Source: Gammaproteobacteria bacterium (GTDB lineage Bacteria; Pseudomonadota; Gammaproteobacteria; UBA4575). From it: a stretch of 64,000 nt of DNA. Shown here one piece after another: positions 51,501-62,273 of the stretch; position 1 is the stretch's first letter; each line of letters begins with the position of its first letter. The stretch is taken from positions 1 to 64,000 of the forward strand of contig CBDCTA010000029.1 in assembly GCA_965221955.1 (NCBI GenBank), read 5' to 3'. Position numbers and translations under genes: made by a program. The notes below the pieces were generated by a model. The model worked only from the letters and a program-made list of their open reading frames with translations, had not been told where the DNA came from and searched no databases.

Positions 51501-51734
51501 ATGCCTGGCGTACAAGTAAGTAAATCTGATCTCGCGCATATTTTTGGTGTAGATCAACCCACTATTGATCATTGGATACAACGAGGCTTGCCCTACATTC
51601 GTAAACGATTAGCTGTGTCAGGTGGAGACACCATGGTAAGCCCAAACAATACAATGGAACGAGAGCTTATTTTTGATACTGCTGATGCAATTAATTGGCG
51701 ATTGTCAGTATCTAATCTAGAACACGAATGGTGA
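51501..51734 (+). CDS. Stand-alone lambda gpNu1-like (small terminase) DNA-binding domain
   Basis: VSKSDLAHIFGVDQPTIDHWIQRGLP...IFDTADAINW resembles the gpNu1 N-terminal winged HTH; start reassigned to ATG 51501. Confidence 0.65.
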   Translation: MPGVQVSKSDLAHIFGVDQPTIDHWIQRGLPYIRKRLAVSGGDTMVSPNNTMERELIFDTADAINWRLSVSNLEHEW

Positions 51735-51751
51735 CTTGACAAACACAATAT

Positions 51752-51997
51752 TTGAATTTCAACCCTCGGCAAGTAAACTCAAGGATGAGTACACACATCA
51801 AACCCGCTTTATCTTCTCAATCTACTTACTATGTGATGAACATGAAAAATGATCACTGGGTAAAAATCAGTGATGTTTATTTTGATTTAGAAGAAGCAAA
51901 TAATGTTTACCTCAAATTATTACGAAGACACCCTTTCGCACGTCTTGGCGGTAGTAAGCACTTAGCCGTCAAACATAGCGTTCATACTAAGCAGTAG
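51752..51997 (+). CDS. Small hypothetical protein
   Basis: ORF fills the gap before the ftsX stop; start uncertain. Confidence 0.45.
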   Translation: MNFNPRQVNSRMSTHIKPALSSQSTYYVMNMKNDHWVKISDVYFDLEEANNVYLKLLRRHPFARLGGSKHLAVKHSVHTKQ

Positions 51998-52012
51998 AAA
52001 AATAGAGCGCTT

Positions 52013-52981
52013 TTAACTTGGTTGTATTTTACTGATGCGGCGATTGACCGCCAGCCAAGATCCAAACAGTCCTAGAAAAATACTTGCAAATACCAAAGTT
52101 AAACTCTGTGCGAAGCTTGGTAACATAAGTTTGAAGTTGCTGTTGTAAAGGCTAACTAAGTTTTGAGCAGGTTGGCGAATCACCAATAAGACGATGAAAA
52201 CCAATAGCAGTGCTAATACGCCTCCCAATAATCCATACCACATGCCACCATACAAAAAAGGCCTACGGATAAAGCGGTCACTTGCGCCAATTAATTTAGT
52301 CACTTCAATTTCGTCACGACGATTTTCAATATCGAGGCGTATACTATTACCTACAACGAGTAAAACAGATAGGCCTAGCATTATGCCAATCGCTAATATT
52401 GCACGTTGAATTATATTGGTAATCGCTTGTAAGCGTTGTAACCACTGCATGTCCATTTGCACTTGCTCAACCTGTGTAATGTTTTCAAACTCATTCTTGA
52501 GCTTATTTAGGCTCGTGCTTTGTTTGGCGTGTGTAATCGGGGTTACGACTAAAGAAGGAGGTAGCGGGTTAGAAACTAAACCTTCTAACAAATCGCTAAA
52601 TTCACTTCGCTGTTTAAATTCACTCAATGCTGTGTCCGCAGGAATATAGCTGACATTTTCTACTTGGGAATTTTTTTCAAGTTGCTGTTGAATTTTTTTG
52701 ATTTGTTGTTCAGAGGTGTTGGTATGCAAAAATAAGGTTATCTGCCCAGCGTCATCCCATTTTTGTGTAACATTTTGTAGGTTATTAAGTAATACATAAA
52801 GGCAGGTAGGTAAAGCTAATGCTACGGCAATCATCAAAATGGTCATGATGGTAGCAAAAGGTGTGCGGTATAGTTTGCCTAGGCTGAACAACAATACCCG
52901 TATATGATCACGCACGTAGGCACGCAAACGTGTTTTGAGTTTTGGTCTGGCTAAGGGTTGTGGGGATCTTGTTTTGGCCAT
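52013..52981 (-). CDS. ftsX: Cell division permease FtsX
   Basis: NPLP and EIEVTKLIGASDRFIRRPFLY. Confidence 0.96.
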   Translation of the reverse strand: MAKTRSPQPLARPKLKTRLRAYVRDHIRVLLFSLGKLYRTPFATIMTILMIAVALALPTCLYVLLNNLQNVTQKWDDAGQITLFLHTNTSEQQIKKIQQQLEKNSQVENVSYIPADTALSEFKQRSEFSDLLEGLVSNPLPPSLVVTPITHAKQSTSLNKLKNEFENITQVEQVQMDMQWLQRLQAITNIIQRAILAIGIMLGLSVLLVVGNSIRLDIENRRDEIEVTKLIGASDRFIRRPFLYGGMWYGLLGGVLALLLVFIVLLVIRQPAQNLVSLYNSNFKLMLPSFAQSLTLVFASIFLGLFGSWLAVNRRISKIQPS

Positions 52982-52984
52982 GGG

Positions 52985-53680
52985 TTAATTAATCATTTCA
53001 TAATCTTGTATGGCTTGGACACTTTGAGAATCGATGCATTCACCCGCGCGCAAACGGATGATACGTTTTTGCAAACGCGTGATCAGGTCAAGATCGTGAC
53101 TTGCAATCAATACCGTTACACCAACTTGATTAAAGTCGCAAAATAATTGCATGATTTCTGCTGAAAGCTCAGGATCTAAATTTCCTGTAGGCTCGTCGGC
53201 CAATAAGATTGCAGGCTTATGTACCACGGCGCGTGCAATGCCTACACGCTGCTGTTCACCGCCTGACAAGGTAATAGGCATCATCTGTTCTTTATCTAAC
53301 AAATCCACTTTGTCTAATGCAGCACGCACGCGACGGTTAATATCGACTTGTGCAAAGCCTGCAATTTGTAGCGGTAACGATACATTGTCAAAGACATTGC
53401 GGTCATATAATAAGTGGTGATCTTGAAATACGACTCCCATGTGTCTACGTAGTGCAGGTATTTTGCGTTTCGGAATATGAGTAATATTTTTGCGATTAAT
53501 AAAAACTTGTCCGCGTGTAGGTTTCTCAATTGCCGCTATGAGTTTTAATAAGGTGCTTTTGCCAGCTCCTGATGGCCCAGTTAAAAATGCCATCTCACCT
53601 TGTTCAATGGTTAAATTAAGATGAGTGAGCGCCTCGCGATTGCCCGGATAACGCTTAGTAACATTTTGTAATTCGATCAT
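52985..53680 (-). CDS. ftsE: Cell division ATPase FtsE
   Basis: GPSGAGKST, LSGGEQQRVGIARA and ADEPTGNLD. Confidence 0.97.
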   Translation of the reverse strand: MIELQNVTKRYPGNREALTHLNLTIEQGEMAFLTGPSGAGKSTLLKLIAAIEKPTRGQVFINRKNITHIPKRKIPALRRHMGVVFQDHHLLYDRNVFDNVSLPLQIAGFAQVDINRRVRAALDKVDLLDKEQMMPITLSGGEQQRVGIARAVVHKPAILLADEPTGNLDPELSAEIMQLFCDFNQVGVTVLIASHDLDLITRLQKRIIRLRAGECIDSQSVQAIQDYEMIN

Positions 53681-53684
53681 ACTA

Positions 53685-54632
53685 TTAAGTAATTTCAGCA
53701 GTGATCGGTTCGCGTCCTAGTAAAGCGCCTGCATATTGTTGTGCATTAAATACGCGTAAATCTTCTACAGCTTCGCCTACGCCAATATAACGGATTGGTA
53801 GCTTTAGTTTATCTGCAATCGCTAGCACGATACCGCCTTTGGCACTACCGTCTAATTTAGTAATCGCGATACCAGTAACCCCTATGGCTTGATGAAATTC
53901 TATTGCTTGGTTGATTGCATTTTGTCCGGTGCCACCTTCTAGCACTAACAGCGTTTCATGTGGTGCATCAGGGTCTATTTTTTGCATCGCACGTTTAATC
54001 TTTTGTAGCTCTTGCATTAAATTTTGCTGTGTATGTAAACGTCCAGCAGTATCGGCAATGAGTACATTCACATTACGCGCTTTTGCTGACTGAAAAGCAT
54101 CGAATACGACTGCAGCACTATCAGCACCACTTTTTTGTGCAATGACAGGAGCATTAATACGCTTACCCCATTCTTGTAATTGCTCTACTGCTGCAGCCCG
54201 AAAGGTATCGCCCGCGGCTAGCATCACGGACTGTCGATATTCAACTAAGCGTTGTGCAATTTTTCCTATGGTAGTGGTTTTGCCTGCACCGTTTACTCCC
54301 ACGACTAAAATTGCAAATGGCCGAATTTTTTGCATGATTAAAGGCTTATTACAAGGTAAGAGAATTTCCGCGATGCTTTCTTGTAGGGCGTCATAAAGTA
54401 CATCAACATCCGTCAGCTGTGTGCGGCTCACTCTATCCGTCAAATCAGTAATGATTTTGTTTGTGGTTTCGATCCCTACGTCGGCCATCACCAAACGATC
54501 TTCGATTTCAGTGATTAAATCATCATCCAGCTCTTTTTTGCCTAATACTGCAGTAGCTAAACCCTCAGTGAGTGCATCGCTGGTTTTAGACAAACCTTTG
54601 CGCAAGCGTTGGAAAACTCCTACATCGGTCAT
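53685..54632 (-). CDS. ftsY: SRP receptor FtsY (NG domain only)
   Basis: GVNGAGKTTT, DTFRAAA, DTAGR and TKLDG. Confidence 0.97.
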   Translation of the reverse strand: MTDVGVFQRLRKGLSKTSDALTEGLATAVLGKKELDDDLITEIEDRLVMADVGIETTNKIITDLTDRVSRTQLTDVDVLYDALQESIAEILLPCNKPLIMQKIRPFAILVVGVNGAGKTTTIGKIAQRLVEYRQSVMLAAGDTFRAAAVEQLQEWGKRINAPVIAQKSGADSAAVVFDAFQSAKARNVNVLIADTAGRLHTQQNLMQELQKIKRAMQKIDPDAPHETLLVLEGGTGQNAINQAIEFHQAIGVTGIAITKLDGSAKGGIVLAIADKLKLPIRYIGVGEAVEDLRVFNAQQYAGALLGREPITAEIT

Positions 54633-54773
54633 AAAACCAACCCAAGAAATATTAACTGTGGCAGTGTGAATTTAGGCATAGATTTGGAACAAAAGTTTAT
54701 AGTATGGTCTAAACAATAATGCTGTACATAAAACGGCGCTAATCCTAACATCAAGTAGATTCACACGTAACAA

Positions 54774-56186
54774 ATGAAGTTAATAAAATTTTTGCCACTT
54801 TGGCTGTTGGTCTTAGTTGGCTGCGCCAATATTTCTTCTGATTCTTCTGAGCAGAATCCGAGCTCAGTTGAGACCGCTATCATCAGTGATACTGCGTTAA
54901 AGGTCCACGAAAAAACTTTTGCTAATGGTATGAAGGTGATCATTAAAGAAGATCATCGTGCACCTGTGGTGATCTCCCAAGTTTGGTATCAAGTCGGTTC
55001 GGCGCAAGAGCACAGTGGCATTACTGGCGTGTCTCATGTGTTAGAGCATATGATGTTTAAAGGCACTGAAAAATATCCTTCGGGTGCTTTTTCATCCATG
55101 GTTGCTGAAATTGGTGCACGTGATAATGCATTTACCGGTCGTGACTATACGGCTTATTATCAACTGATGGGTAAGCAGCATTTAGAACTTAGTTTTGAGC
55201 TCGAAGCAGATCGCATGTTGAATTTAATTCTTGCAGAAGAAGACTTTAATAGTGAAGTAGAAGTGGTCAAAGAAGAGAGGAGACTGCGAACCGACGACAA
55301 TCCTAACGCTCGTGTGTATGAGCAACTCTATTCGACTGCATTTATTAACAACCCTTACCATCATCCTATCATTGGTTGGATGAATGATTTAGATAATCTT
55401 GAAATTGCCGACTTAGCAGACTGGTACCAGCGTTGGTATACCCCAAATAATGCTACTTTAGTCGTGGTGGGCGATGTGGAGCCTATGCAAGTATTTAGTT
55501 TGGCAGAAAAATATTTTGCTAGCCTACCGAGTCGTGAAGTTAAAGCCAGTAAACCGCGTCTTGAGCACCCACAAACAGGTACACGCAGAGTAACTGTCAA
55601 AGCGGTTGCAAAGTTGCCTTACATCATGCTGGGCTACAAAGTGCCTTCTCTCGCGACTGCACAAGAAGATTGGGAGCCGTATGCATTGTCAGTGCTAGGT
55701 GGAGTGCTCGATGGTGGTCGCAGTGCTCGCTTGAGTAAACGTTTAGTGCGAGAAAAAGAATTAGTTTCTGGAGCAGGTGCTGGTTATAACTTATTTGCGC
55801 GATACTCAACATTATTTTTATTTGATGCAACCCCAACAGAAAAGCACAACATTGAAGAGGTAGAGCAAGCCCTATATGGGGAAATTAAAGATCTACAGCA
55901 AAACTTAGTGAGTGATCAAGAACTAAATCGTGTTAAAGCACAAGTAATTGCTAGTGAGGTTTATCAACAAGATTCTATTCAACGTCAAGCGACCGTGATC
56001 GGTAGTTTGGAAACTGTGGGCTTGGGTTGGCAATTAATGGGCGAATATAGACAACGCATTAATTCGATAACGGCTGAACAAGTGCGTGAAGTCGCACGCA
56101 AATACTTAGTTGAAGAGGGTCTTACCGTTGCGTTATTACAACCAATCGAGCGTGTGGCGGAAAATAAATCGCCCAGTCATAAATAA
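54774..56186 (+). CDS. M16 zinc peptidase, active subunit, lipoprotein
   Basis: HVLEH (HxxEH) motif; lipobox LVGC. Confidence 0.93.
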   Translation: MKLIKFLPLWLLVLVGCANISSDSSEQNPSSVETAIISDTALKVHEKTFANGMKVIIKEDHRAPVVISQVWYQVGSAQEHSGITGVSHVLEHMMFKGTEKYPSGAFSSMVAEIGARDNAFTGRDYTAYYQLMGKQHLELSFELEADRMLNLILAEEDFNSEVEVVKEERRLRTDDNPNARVYEQLYSTAFINNPYHHPIIGWMNDLDNLEIADLADWYQRWYTPNNATLVVVGDVEPMQVFSLAEKYFASLPSREVKASKPRLEHPQTGTRRVTVKAVAKLPYIMLGYKVPSLATAQEDWEPYALSVLGGVLDGGRSARLSKRLVREKELVSGAGAGYNLFARYSTLFLFDATPTEKHNIEEVEQALYGEIKDLQQNLVSDQELNRVKAQVIASEVYQQDSIQRQATVIGSLETVGLGWQLMGEYRQRINSITAEQVREVARKYLVEEGLTVALLQPIERVAENKSPSHK

Positions 56187-56210
56187 GCCATAAATAAAAA
56201 TCTAAATCTT

Positions 56211-57539
56211 ATGAAATTCAAAATTTTCTTATTGAGTCTGGTCGGGATTAGTTTAATTCAGCCGGTCATTGCCGCACCTCAAATCGAACAATGGCAAACC
56301 TCCAACGGAGTTAAAACTTTATTTGTTGCAGCACCTGAATTACCAATGTTGGATATTGCGATCACGCTTGATGCGGGCAGTGGTCGTGACGGTGAACTTG
56401 CAGGACTTTCGCAGTTAACACATAGCATGTTGAATGCAGGTGCAGGCGATCTCAATGCTGACGATGTTGCGGAAAAATTTGAACAACTAGGCGCACAATT
56501 TGGAGCCAGTGCAAGCCTGGATCGTTCCAGCGTTACATTACGAAGTCTTACCGATGCAGAATTATTTACGCCAGCCTTAGAAACATTTATCGCAATCGTA
56601 ACTCAGCCAAGCCTTCCTAAAAAAGATTTTAAGCGTTTAAAAAATCAGGCACTAATCGCGATTAAAGATTCCTCGCAACGACCTGGCGACATGGCAAGTC
56701 GAGCTTTCTATAAAGCGATCTATAAGGATCATCCCTATGCTCATCCAGCGTTGGGGTATAAGCAAACGATTGAAGCGATTCGTTTGCAAGACATAAAAAG
56801 CTTCCATCAACAATACTTTGTAGCTGAAAATGCTTTAATTGCTATGGTCGGCGGCATTGATGTTGCGCAAGCAAAAGAAATTGCTGAAAAAATATCAAGC
56901 AGTTTCAAACAAGGTACTAAGCCAATTCCTCTTCAGGCGCCACAAATTACTGAAGAAGTAGCAGATATTTACATTCCTTTCCCATCACAACAGGCGCATG
57001 TGTATTTAGGGAAATTAGGCATACCACGTGGTCATTCTGACTACTTTTCATTATATGTTGGGAATCATGTATTGGGTGGCGGAGGGTTTACTTCACGTCT
57101 AGTAAAGGAAGTGCGAGTAGAACGAGGACTCTCTTACAGTGTATATAGTTATTTTTTTCCACTATATGAAGCAGGGCCGTTTACCTTGGGCTTGCAAACG
57201 CGCACCGATCAAGCTCAACAAGCCGCAGAAGTTTCATCGCAAACCATTAGTCAATTTGTGAGTGAAGGCCCAACAGACAAAGAACTTAGTTTAGCAAAGA
57301 ATAATATTGTCGGCGGATTTCCATTACGTATCGACAGTAACCGCGATATTTTAGGTTACTTGTCTTTGATTGGGTATTATCAGTTGCCTCTCGACTATTT
57401 AGAAACGTTTACTCAAAACATTTCGAATGTGACGCAAGAGCAAATACGTGATGCGTTTACTAAGCACTTAGATACTAAAAGACTCGTCAAAATTATTGTT
57501 GGCGGACCAGAAATTGAATCAAATCCTGGTGGCGAATAA
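56211..57539 (+). CDS. M16 peptidase, inactive partner subunit
   Basis: Lacks HxxEH; has SRLVKEVRVERGLSY. Confidence 0.9.
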   Translation: MKFKIFLLSLVGISLIQPVIAAPQIEQWQTSNGVKTLFVAAPELPMLDIAITLDAGSGRDGELAGLSQLTHSMLNAGAGDLNADDVAEKFEQLGAQFGASASLDRSSVTLRSLTDAELFTPALETFIAIVTQPSLPKKDFKRLKNQALIAIKDSSQRPGDMASRAFYKAIYKDHPYAHPALGYKQTIEAIRLQDIKSFHQQYFVAENALIAMVGGIDVAQAKEIAEKISSSFKQGTKPIPLQAPQITEEVADIYIPFPSQQAHVYLGKLGIPRGHSDYFSLYVGNHVLGGGGFTSRLVKEVRVERGLSYSVYSYFFPLYEAGPFTLGLQTRTDQAQQAAEVSSQTISQFVSEGPTDKELSLAKNNIVGGFPLRIDSNRDILGYLSLIGYYQLPLDYLETFTQNISNVTQEQIRDAFTKHLDTKRLVKIIVGGPEIESNPGGE

Positions 57540-58089
57540 AAATAGTCTGCGTATTATCGGCGGTAAATGGCGTAGTCGTCGCATTCAATTTATCAACTCA
57601 GAAAAGATTCGTCCCACTCCTGACCGTGTGCGTGAAACGGTTTTTAATTGGTTAACTGGGTATATTAATGGTGCGAATTGTTTAGATTTGTTTGCTGGCA
57701 GTGGCGCACTCGCTTTTGAAGCCATTTCGCGCGGAGCACAACACGCAGTACTGGTTGAAGACGATGTAAAAATTGTCACGCAACTAAAGCAACAAAAAGA
57801 ACTACTACAAGCAGATACAGTTGAAATTAAACAGCAGAATGCACTGAGTTATGTGCGAGAGCTTAATCAGCAATACGATGTTATATTTCTTGATCCTCCC
57901 TTTAATACTGATTTTCTAGATAAGGTGATCCCCGTGATTTTGAAAAAACAATTAATTTCGCCTAGCGGTTTATTGTATGTAGAATCATCTTCTAGTAAGC
58001 CAGCTTGCAAAGACTTAAATTCATTAAATTGTGTGCGTGAAAAAGTCACTGGTGAAGTACGCTATGCGCTTTATTCATTACAACATTGA
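57529..58089 (+). CDS. rsmD: 16S rRNA m2G966 methyltransferase
   Basis: RIIGGKWR, RPTPDRVRE, LDLFAGSG and DPPF; GTG start inferred. Confidence 0.96.
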   Translation: MANKNSLRIIGGKWRSRRIQFINSEKIRPTPDRVRETVFNWLTGYINGANCLDLFAGSGALAFEAISRGAQHAVLVEDDVKIVTQLKQQKELLQADTVEIKQQNALSYVRELNQQYDVIFLDPPFNTDFLDKVIPVILKKQLISPSGLLYVESSSSKPACKDLNSLNCVREKVTGEVRYALYSLQH

Positions 58090-58127
58090 TTGCAAAGTAC
58101 AAAATTAATTGTCCTTCTGGTGGGTAA

Positions 58128-58631
<504 letters not shown>

Positions 58632-58647
58632 TCTTATTTGCTTTTTC

Positions 58648-60408
58648 ATGAGCAACGTTAGGCAGTGTGTATTAGATAAGTTATTTTATTTAATACTTTT
58701 TATATCGTTGTCGTTTACGGCTTGTGACAAGTCTTCTCAGACACCTTCAACGTCATCTGAAAACCAGACACAAAAAGAATTCGCTGTGGCAAGCGCACAC
58801 CCATTAGCCACTCAAGCTGGGATCGAGATCTTGCAACAAGGAGGTAACGCCTTCGATGCTGCGGTTGCAGTTACGGCTGTGTTAGCAGTGGTTGAGCCCT
58901 ATGCTTCTGGATTAGGTGGTGGTGGTTTTTGGTTATTGCATTTTTCTGATGAAGGTCATGATGTAATGATTGATGGCCGCGAAGTGGCGCCATTGGCAGC
59001 TACGCGTGATATGTACATTGGTGCGGATGGCAAACCTACAAAACAGTCGATAACCGGGCCTTTGGCAGCCGGTATACCAGGCACTCCTGCAGCGATTGTG
59101 CATGTTGCAGAAAATTATGGTCGTTTACCTTTAACACAAAGTCTCGCGCCAGCCATTCAGTTAGCACGTGACGGATTTGAACTCTCTGACTTCTATGCAA
59201 AGCGTGCCAAAGTAGTATTCGAACGCTTACAAAGTTTTCCACAAACTACAGAAATTTTTTTACCGCAAGGTGAAATACCACAAGCCGGAACTATTTTGCA
59301 GCAAACAGACCTTGCAAATGTATTAGCACAAATTGCAAAACAAGGCACTGATGGATTTTATCGTGGTGAGGTTGCAGAAACTTTGGTTGCAAGTGTGCAG
59401 CGAGCTGGAGGTATATGGCAATTAGAAGATTTAGATAATTATCAAGTTGTAGAGAGGCAACCAATAGTAGGCAAATATAAAAATTTAGAACTTGTGAGTG
59501 CGGCCTTGCCTTCTTCAGGCGGCATTGTGATGTTACAGATTTTAAATATGTTGTCACAGCTTGATTTACAAGCGATGAATGATGTGCAGCGCAAACACAC
59601 TATTATTGAAGCTATGCGACGTGCATATCATGATCGTGCGCAATTTTTAGGTGATCAAGATTTTATTGATGTGCAAGTAGATGAGTTGCTCTCAATGCCC
59701 CACGCAAAAAAACGTTGGACTGACTTTAGTGCAAAACATGCAACTGAGAGTGAAAGTTATTTGCAACATAAACCGGTTGAACTTCCCTCACTTAAACCTT
59801 CATCAATTAAAGAAGAAGCGCAGAACACTACGCATTTTTCCATATTGGATCAGCATGGTAACCGTGTTGCTGCTACGCTCTCGATTAACTATTACTTCGG
59901 TTCTGGATTTGTCGCGGAAGGCACTGGTGTGTTACTGAATAATGAAATGGATGATTTTTCCATTCAACCAGGGCATGCTAACTTATGGGGTTTAGTGGGA
60001 ACTGAAGCCAATGCCATAGAACCAGGCAAGCGTATGTTATCTAGTATGTCGCCAACCTTTTTAAGTGACGGTCAACGCGTTGCAATTTTAGGCACACCTG
60101 GCGGCAGTCGGATTATTAGTATGGTGTTGTTATCTTCGCTTGCCTTTATTGAAGGCGCTACAGTTGAACAGATGGTGAATTTGCCACGCTATCATCATCA
60201 GTTTCTACCAGATGAAATTCAATATGAAAGTGGTGCGTTGCCGAATAACTTGATTCGCGAGTTGCAGTCTATGGGGCATCGCTTGAAAGATCTTGGACGT
60301 AGTTATGGAAATATGCACGCGATTGTGTGGGATGCAAAAACCAAACAAGTTACAGCTGCTAGCGACCCTAGAGGCATAGGCACAGCAATCGTTGGATCAA
60401 ATCCGTAA
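58648..60408 (+). CDS. ggt: Gamma-glutamyltransferase
   Basis: GGNAFDAA, TTHFS, NNEMDDF and PGKRMLSSM. Confidence 0.96.
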   Translation: MSNVRQCVLDKLFYLILFISLSFTACDKSSQTPSTSSENQTQKEFAVASAHPLATQAGIEILQQGGNAFDAAVAVTAVLAVVEPYASGLGGGGFWLLHFSDEGHDVMIDGREVAPLAATRDMYIGADGKPTKQSITGPLAAGIPGTPAAIVHVAENYGRLPLTQSLAPAIQLARDGFELSDFYAKRAKVVFERLQSFPQTTEIFLPQGEIPQAGTILQQTDLANVLAQIAKQGTDGFYRGEVAETLVASVQRAGGIWQLEDLDNYQVVERQPIVGKYKNLELVSAALPSSGGIVMLQILNMLSQLDLQAMNDVQRKHTIIEAMRRAYHDRAQFLGDQDFIDVQVDELLSMPHAKKRWTDFSAKHATESESYLQHKPVELPSLKPSSIKEEAQNTTHFSILDQHGNRVAATLSINYYFGSGFVAEGTGVLLNNEMDDFSIQPGHANLWGLVGTEANAIEPGKRMLSSMSPTFLSDGQRVAILGTPGGSRIISMVLLSSLAFIEGATVEQMVNLPRYHHQFLPDEIQYESGALPNNLIRELQSMGHRLKDLGRSYGNMHAIVWDAKTKQVTAASDPRGIGTAIVGSNP

Positions 60409-61028
60409 TGCAGCTGGTTTATTTCGCAAGCCCGATGTGTTCCTGGTGTTGGGGGTTCTCGCCAGTGATACAACAATTAGAGGCTAGTTATGGCATGGAT
60501 AAAATTCGTTTGGTGTTAACGCCTTTTCGAGTCGATACTACCGAACCTATGGACGATGCATTACGGAATTATGTATTGGGACAATGGCATAAGGTACATC
60601 AAGCAACAGGACAAGCTTTCGATTTTCGTTTTGCGATGCCGGATGATTTTATCTATAACACTACTTTAGTGTGTTTGAGTATTAAGGCTTTTTGTAAGCA
60701 ACTTCCTGCGCAGGAATTAGAATATATGCGCGTGTTGCAGCAGGCGTACTATACTGAAAACCAAAACCTGACTAGCAAAGCCGTATTGTTACAAATTGTG
60801 CAAGGGTTTGATTTAGATATCAAATCGTTTAAGCAAGACTTGTTTGGCCAGCAAGTAAAGCTCGAGCTCAACGAAGATTTTTCTTTATGCCAACAACTTG
60901 CAGTGCAAAGTTATCCCACGCTTATGCTGCATCAGCAAGATGACTATCATCTGATCGCTAACGGTTATTTGCCGTTTGAGCAAGTAAATCAGAAGCTTGA
61001 ATATTTGCTTACTAAGCAGATGTGCTAA
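60408..61028 (+). CDS. DsbA-family thioredoxin-like protein
   Basis: PMCSWCWGF and SYPTL. Confidence 0.85.
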   Translation: MQLVYFASPMCSWCWGFSPVIQQLEASYGMDKIRLVLTPFRVDTTEPMDDALRNYVLGQWHKVHQATGQAFDFRFAMPDDFIYNTTLVCLSIKAFCKQLPAQELEYMRVLQQAYYTENQNLTSKAVLLQIVQGFDLDIKSFKQDLFGQQVKLELNEDFSLCQQLAVQSYPTLMLHQQDDYHLIANGYLPFEQVNQKLEYLLTKQMC

Positions 61029-61049
61029 CCAAATGAGGCGAATGTGGGT

Positions 61050-61220
61050 TTATTTGTTATCTGTAACAGAACTATTTTTCGTGGACTCGGTTTCATTATC
61101 TTTGTAGGAGTTACGCAGAATTTCGATCTGCCAAGTTTGTAAAGTATCTGCATCTGTGAGCACAAAGGTGTCCTCACCAACTTTGCTAATTGAATAGCGC
61201 TCTTTATCCGAAAGATCCAT
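61050..61220 (-). CDS. Possible 56-aa small protein, not in the ORF track
   Basis: MDLSDKERYSISKVGEDTFVLTDADTLQTWQIEILRNSY...; ATG-to-TAA frame within an intergenic gap. Confidence 0.4.
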   Translation of the reverse strand: MDLSDKERYSISKVGEDTFVLTDADTLQTWQIEILRNSYKDNETESTKNSSVTDNK

Positions 61221-61385
61221 GAAAGTTTAAATATATTTAACACAAGTGATTCAGCTCATTATTTTGAAGGCTTTCACAAAATTTCACTCGCGGAGAATGA
61301 TGCGTGGCAGCATCCCAGCAACGAATGACCATGCCATATGACAGCCGGTCATAATTAAGATTCCAATGGGTGGGCAATGATGTAA

Positions 61386-62255
61386 CTATTTCTTTTTTAG
61401 AAAGGTTTTGATCTTTTCGCACACAGGATTTGCGGCCAAAATACGAAAGTGCCCTTTATGCTGGGTAGTAAATAATTCTGCATTGATGCTTTGAGCCACA
61501 GTTTGCGCTTCAGCAAAGGGTACGATGCGGTCTTGCTTGTCATGAATCACCAAGCTTGAGCCAGAGAATTTCTGCATAAACGCAACTGCAGACATCGTTT
61601 CGATGTCTCGATTAGCCATTTTTTTCAGTCTTCGACGAAAGATTTTAAGCACGCTTGTAGGTAATCGCATAGCTTGTATGAATGAAGCAAATATATCACT
61701 CAGCTCGTTTGGGCCAGCAATAAGCACCATTTTCTCAATCATTTGCGCTTGCGATGTTCTTGTTAAGTGCTCAAATGTATAGGCATTTGCCAGGGTGCCA
61801 AACGAATGACCTATGAATGCAGAAACGGGTGGGCAACTTTCCAGCACAGTTAATAATGCCTTGGTATTACACAACAAATTAGTTTGTTTACCAGAAGAAT
61901 TTCCATGTGCAGGGCTATCATGTGCCACTACATCAAAGCCATTATTAATTAAATGTGAAATGATAGGTGCAAAGTTCAGCGCATGACCTCCCCAGCCGTG
62001 CGTAAATAATACGGTTTTTGCGTTATTTAAGTTATCTGTATTTTTCCAGCGATACACTGCAATTTTATATTCATCGCTGTGAACAAAAAATTGTTCGGCA
62101 TTGTGGAGCAACTTCGTTTCAATTTCACTGAGAGGTTTTTTGCGTATTCTAGGCCTACAAAAAAAAGACCAAGCTAGTTTAGCGGCTAACTTGGGAGAAA
62201 ATATCGCAACCGTTCTAAGAAAGCTGCTTAAAATTATTTTTAGTATGTTTTCCAA
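61386..62255 (-). CDS. Alpha/beta hydrolase
   Basis: HGWGG, GHSFG, HDKQD and GHFRIL. Confidence 0.9.
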   Translation of the reverse strand: MENILKIILSSFLRTVAIFSPKLAAKLAWSFFCRPRIRKKPLSEIETKLLHNAEQFFVHSDEYKIAVYRWKNTDNLNNAKTVLFTHGWGGHALNFAPIISHLINNGFDVVAHDSPAHGNSSGKQTNLLCNTKALLTVLESCPPVSAFIGHSFGTLANAYTFEHLTRTSQAQMIEKMVLIAGPNELSDIFASFIQAMRLPTSVLKIFRRRLKKMANRDIETMSAVAFMQKFSGSSLVIHDKQDRIVPFAEAQTVAQSINAELFTTQHKGHFRILAANPVCEKIKTFLKKK

Positions 62256-62273
62256 AAAAGGAGGTTGTTGTGA

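Noticed and set aside
53685-54632. FtsY lacking the acidic N-terminal domain as a truncation
   Set aside because: NG-only FtsY is common in bacteria and the GTPase motifs are intact.
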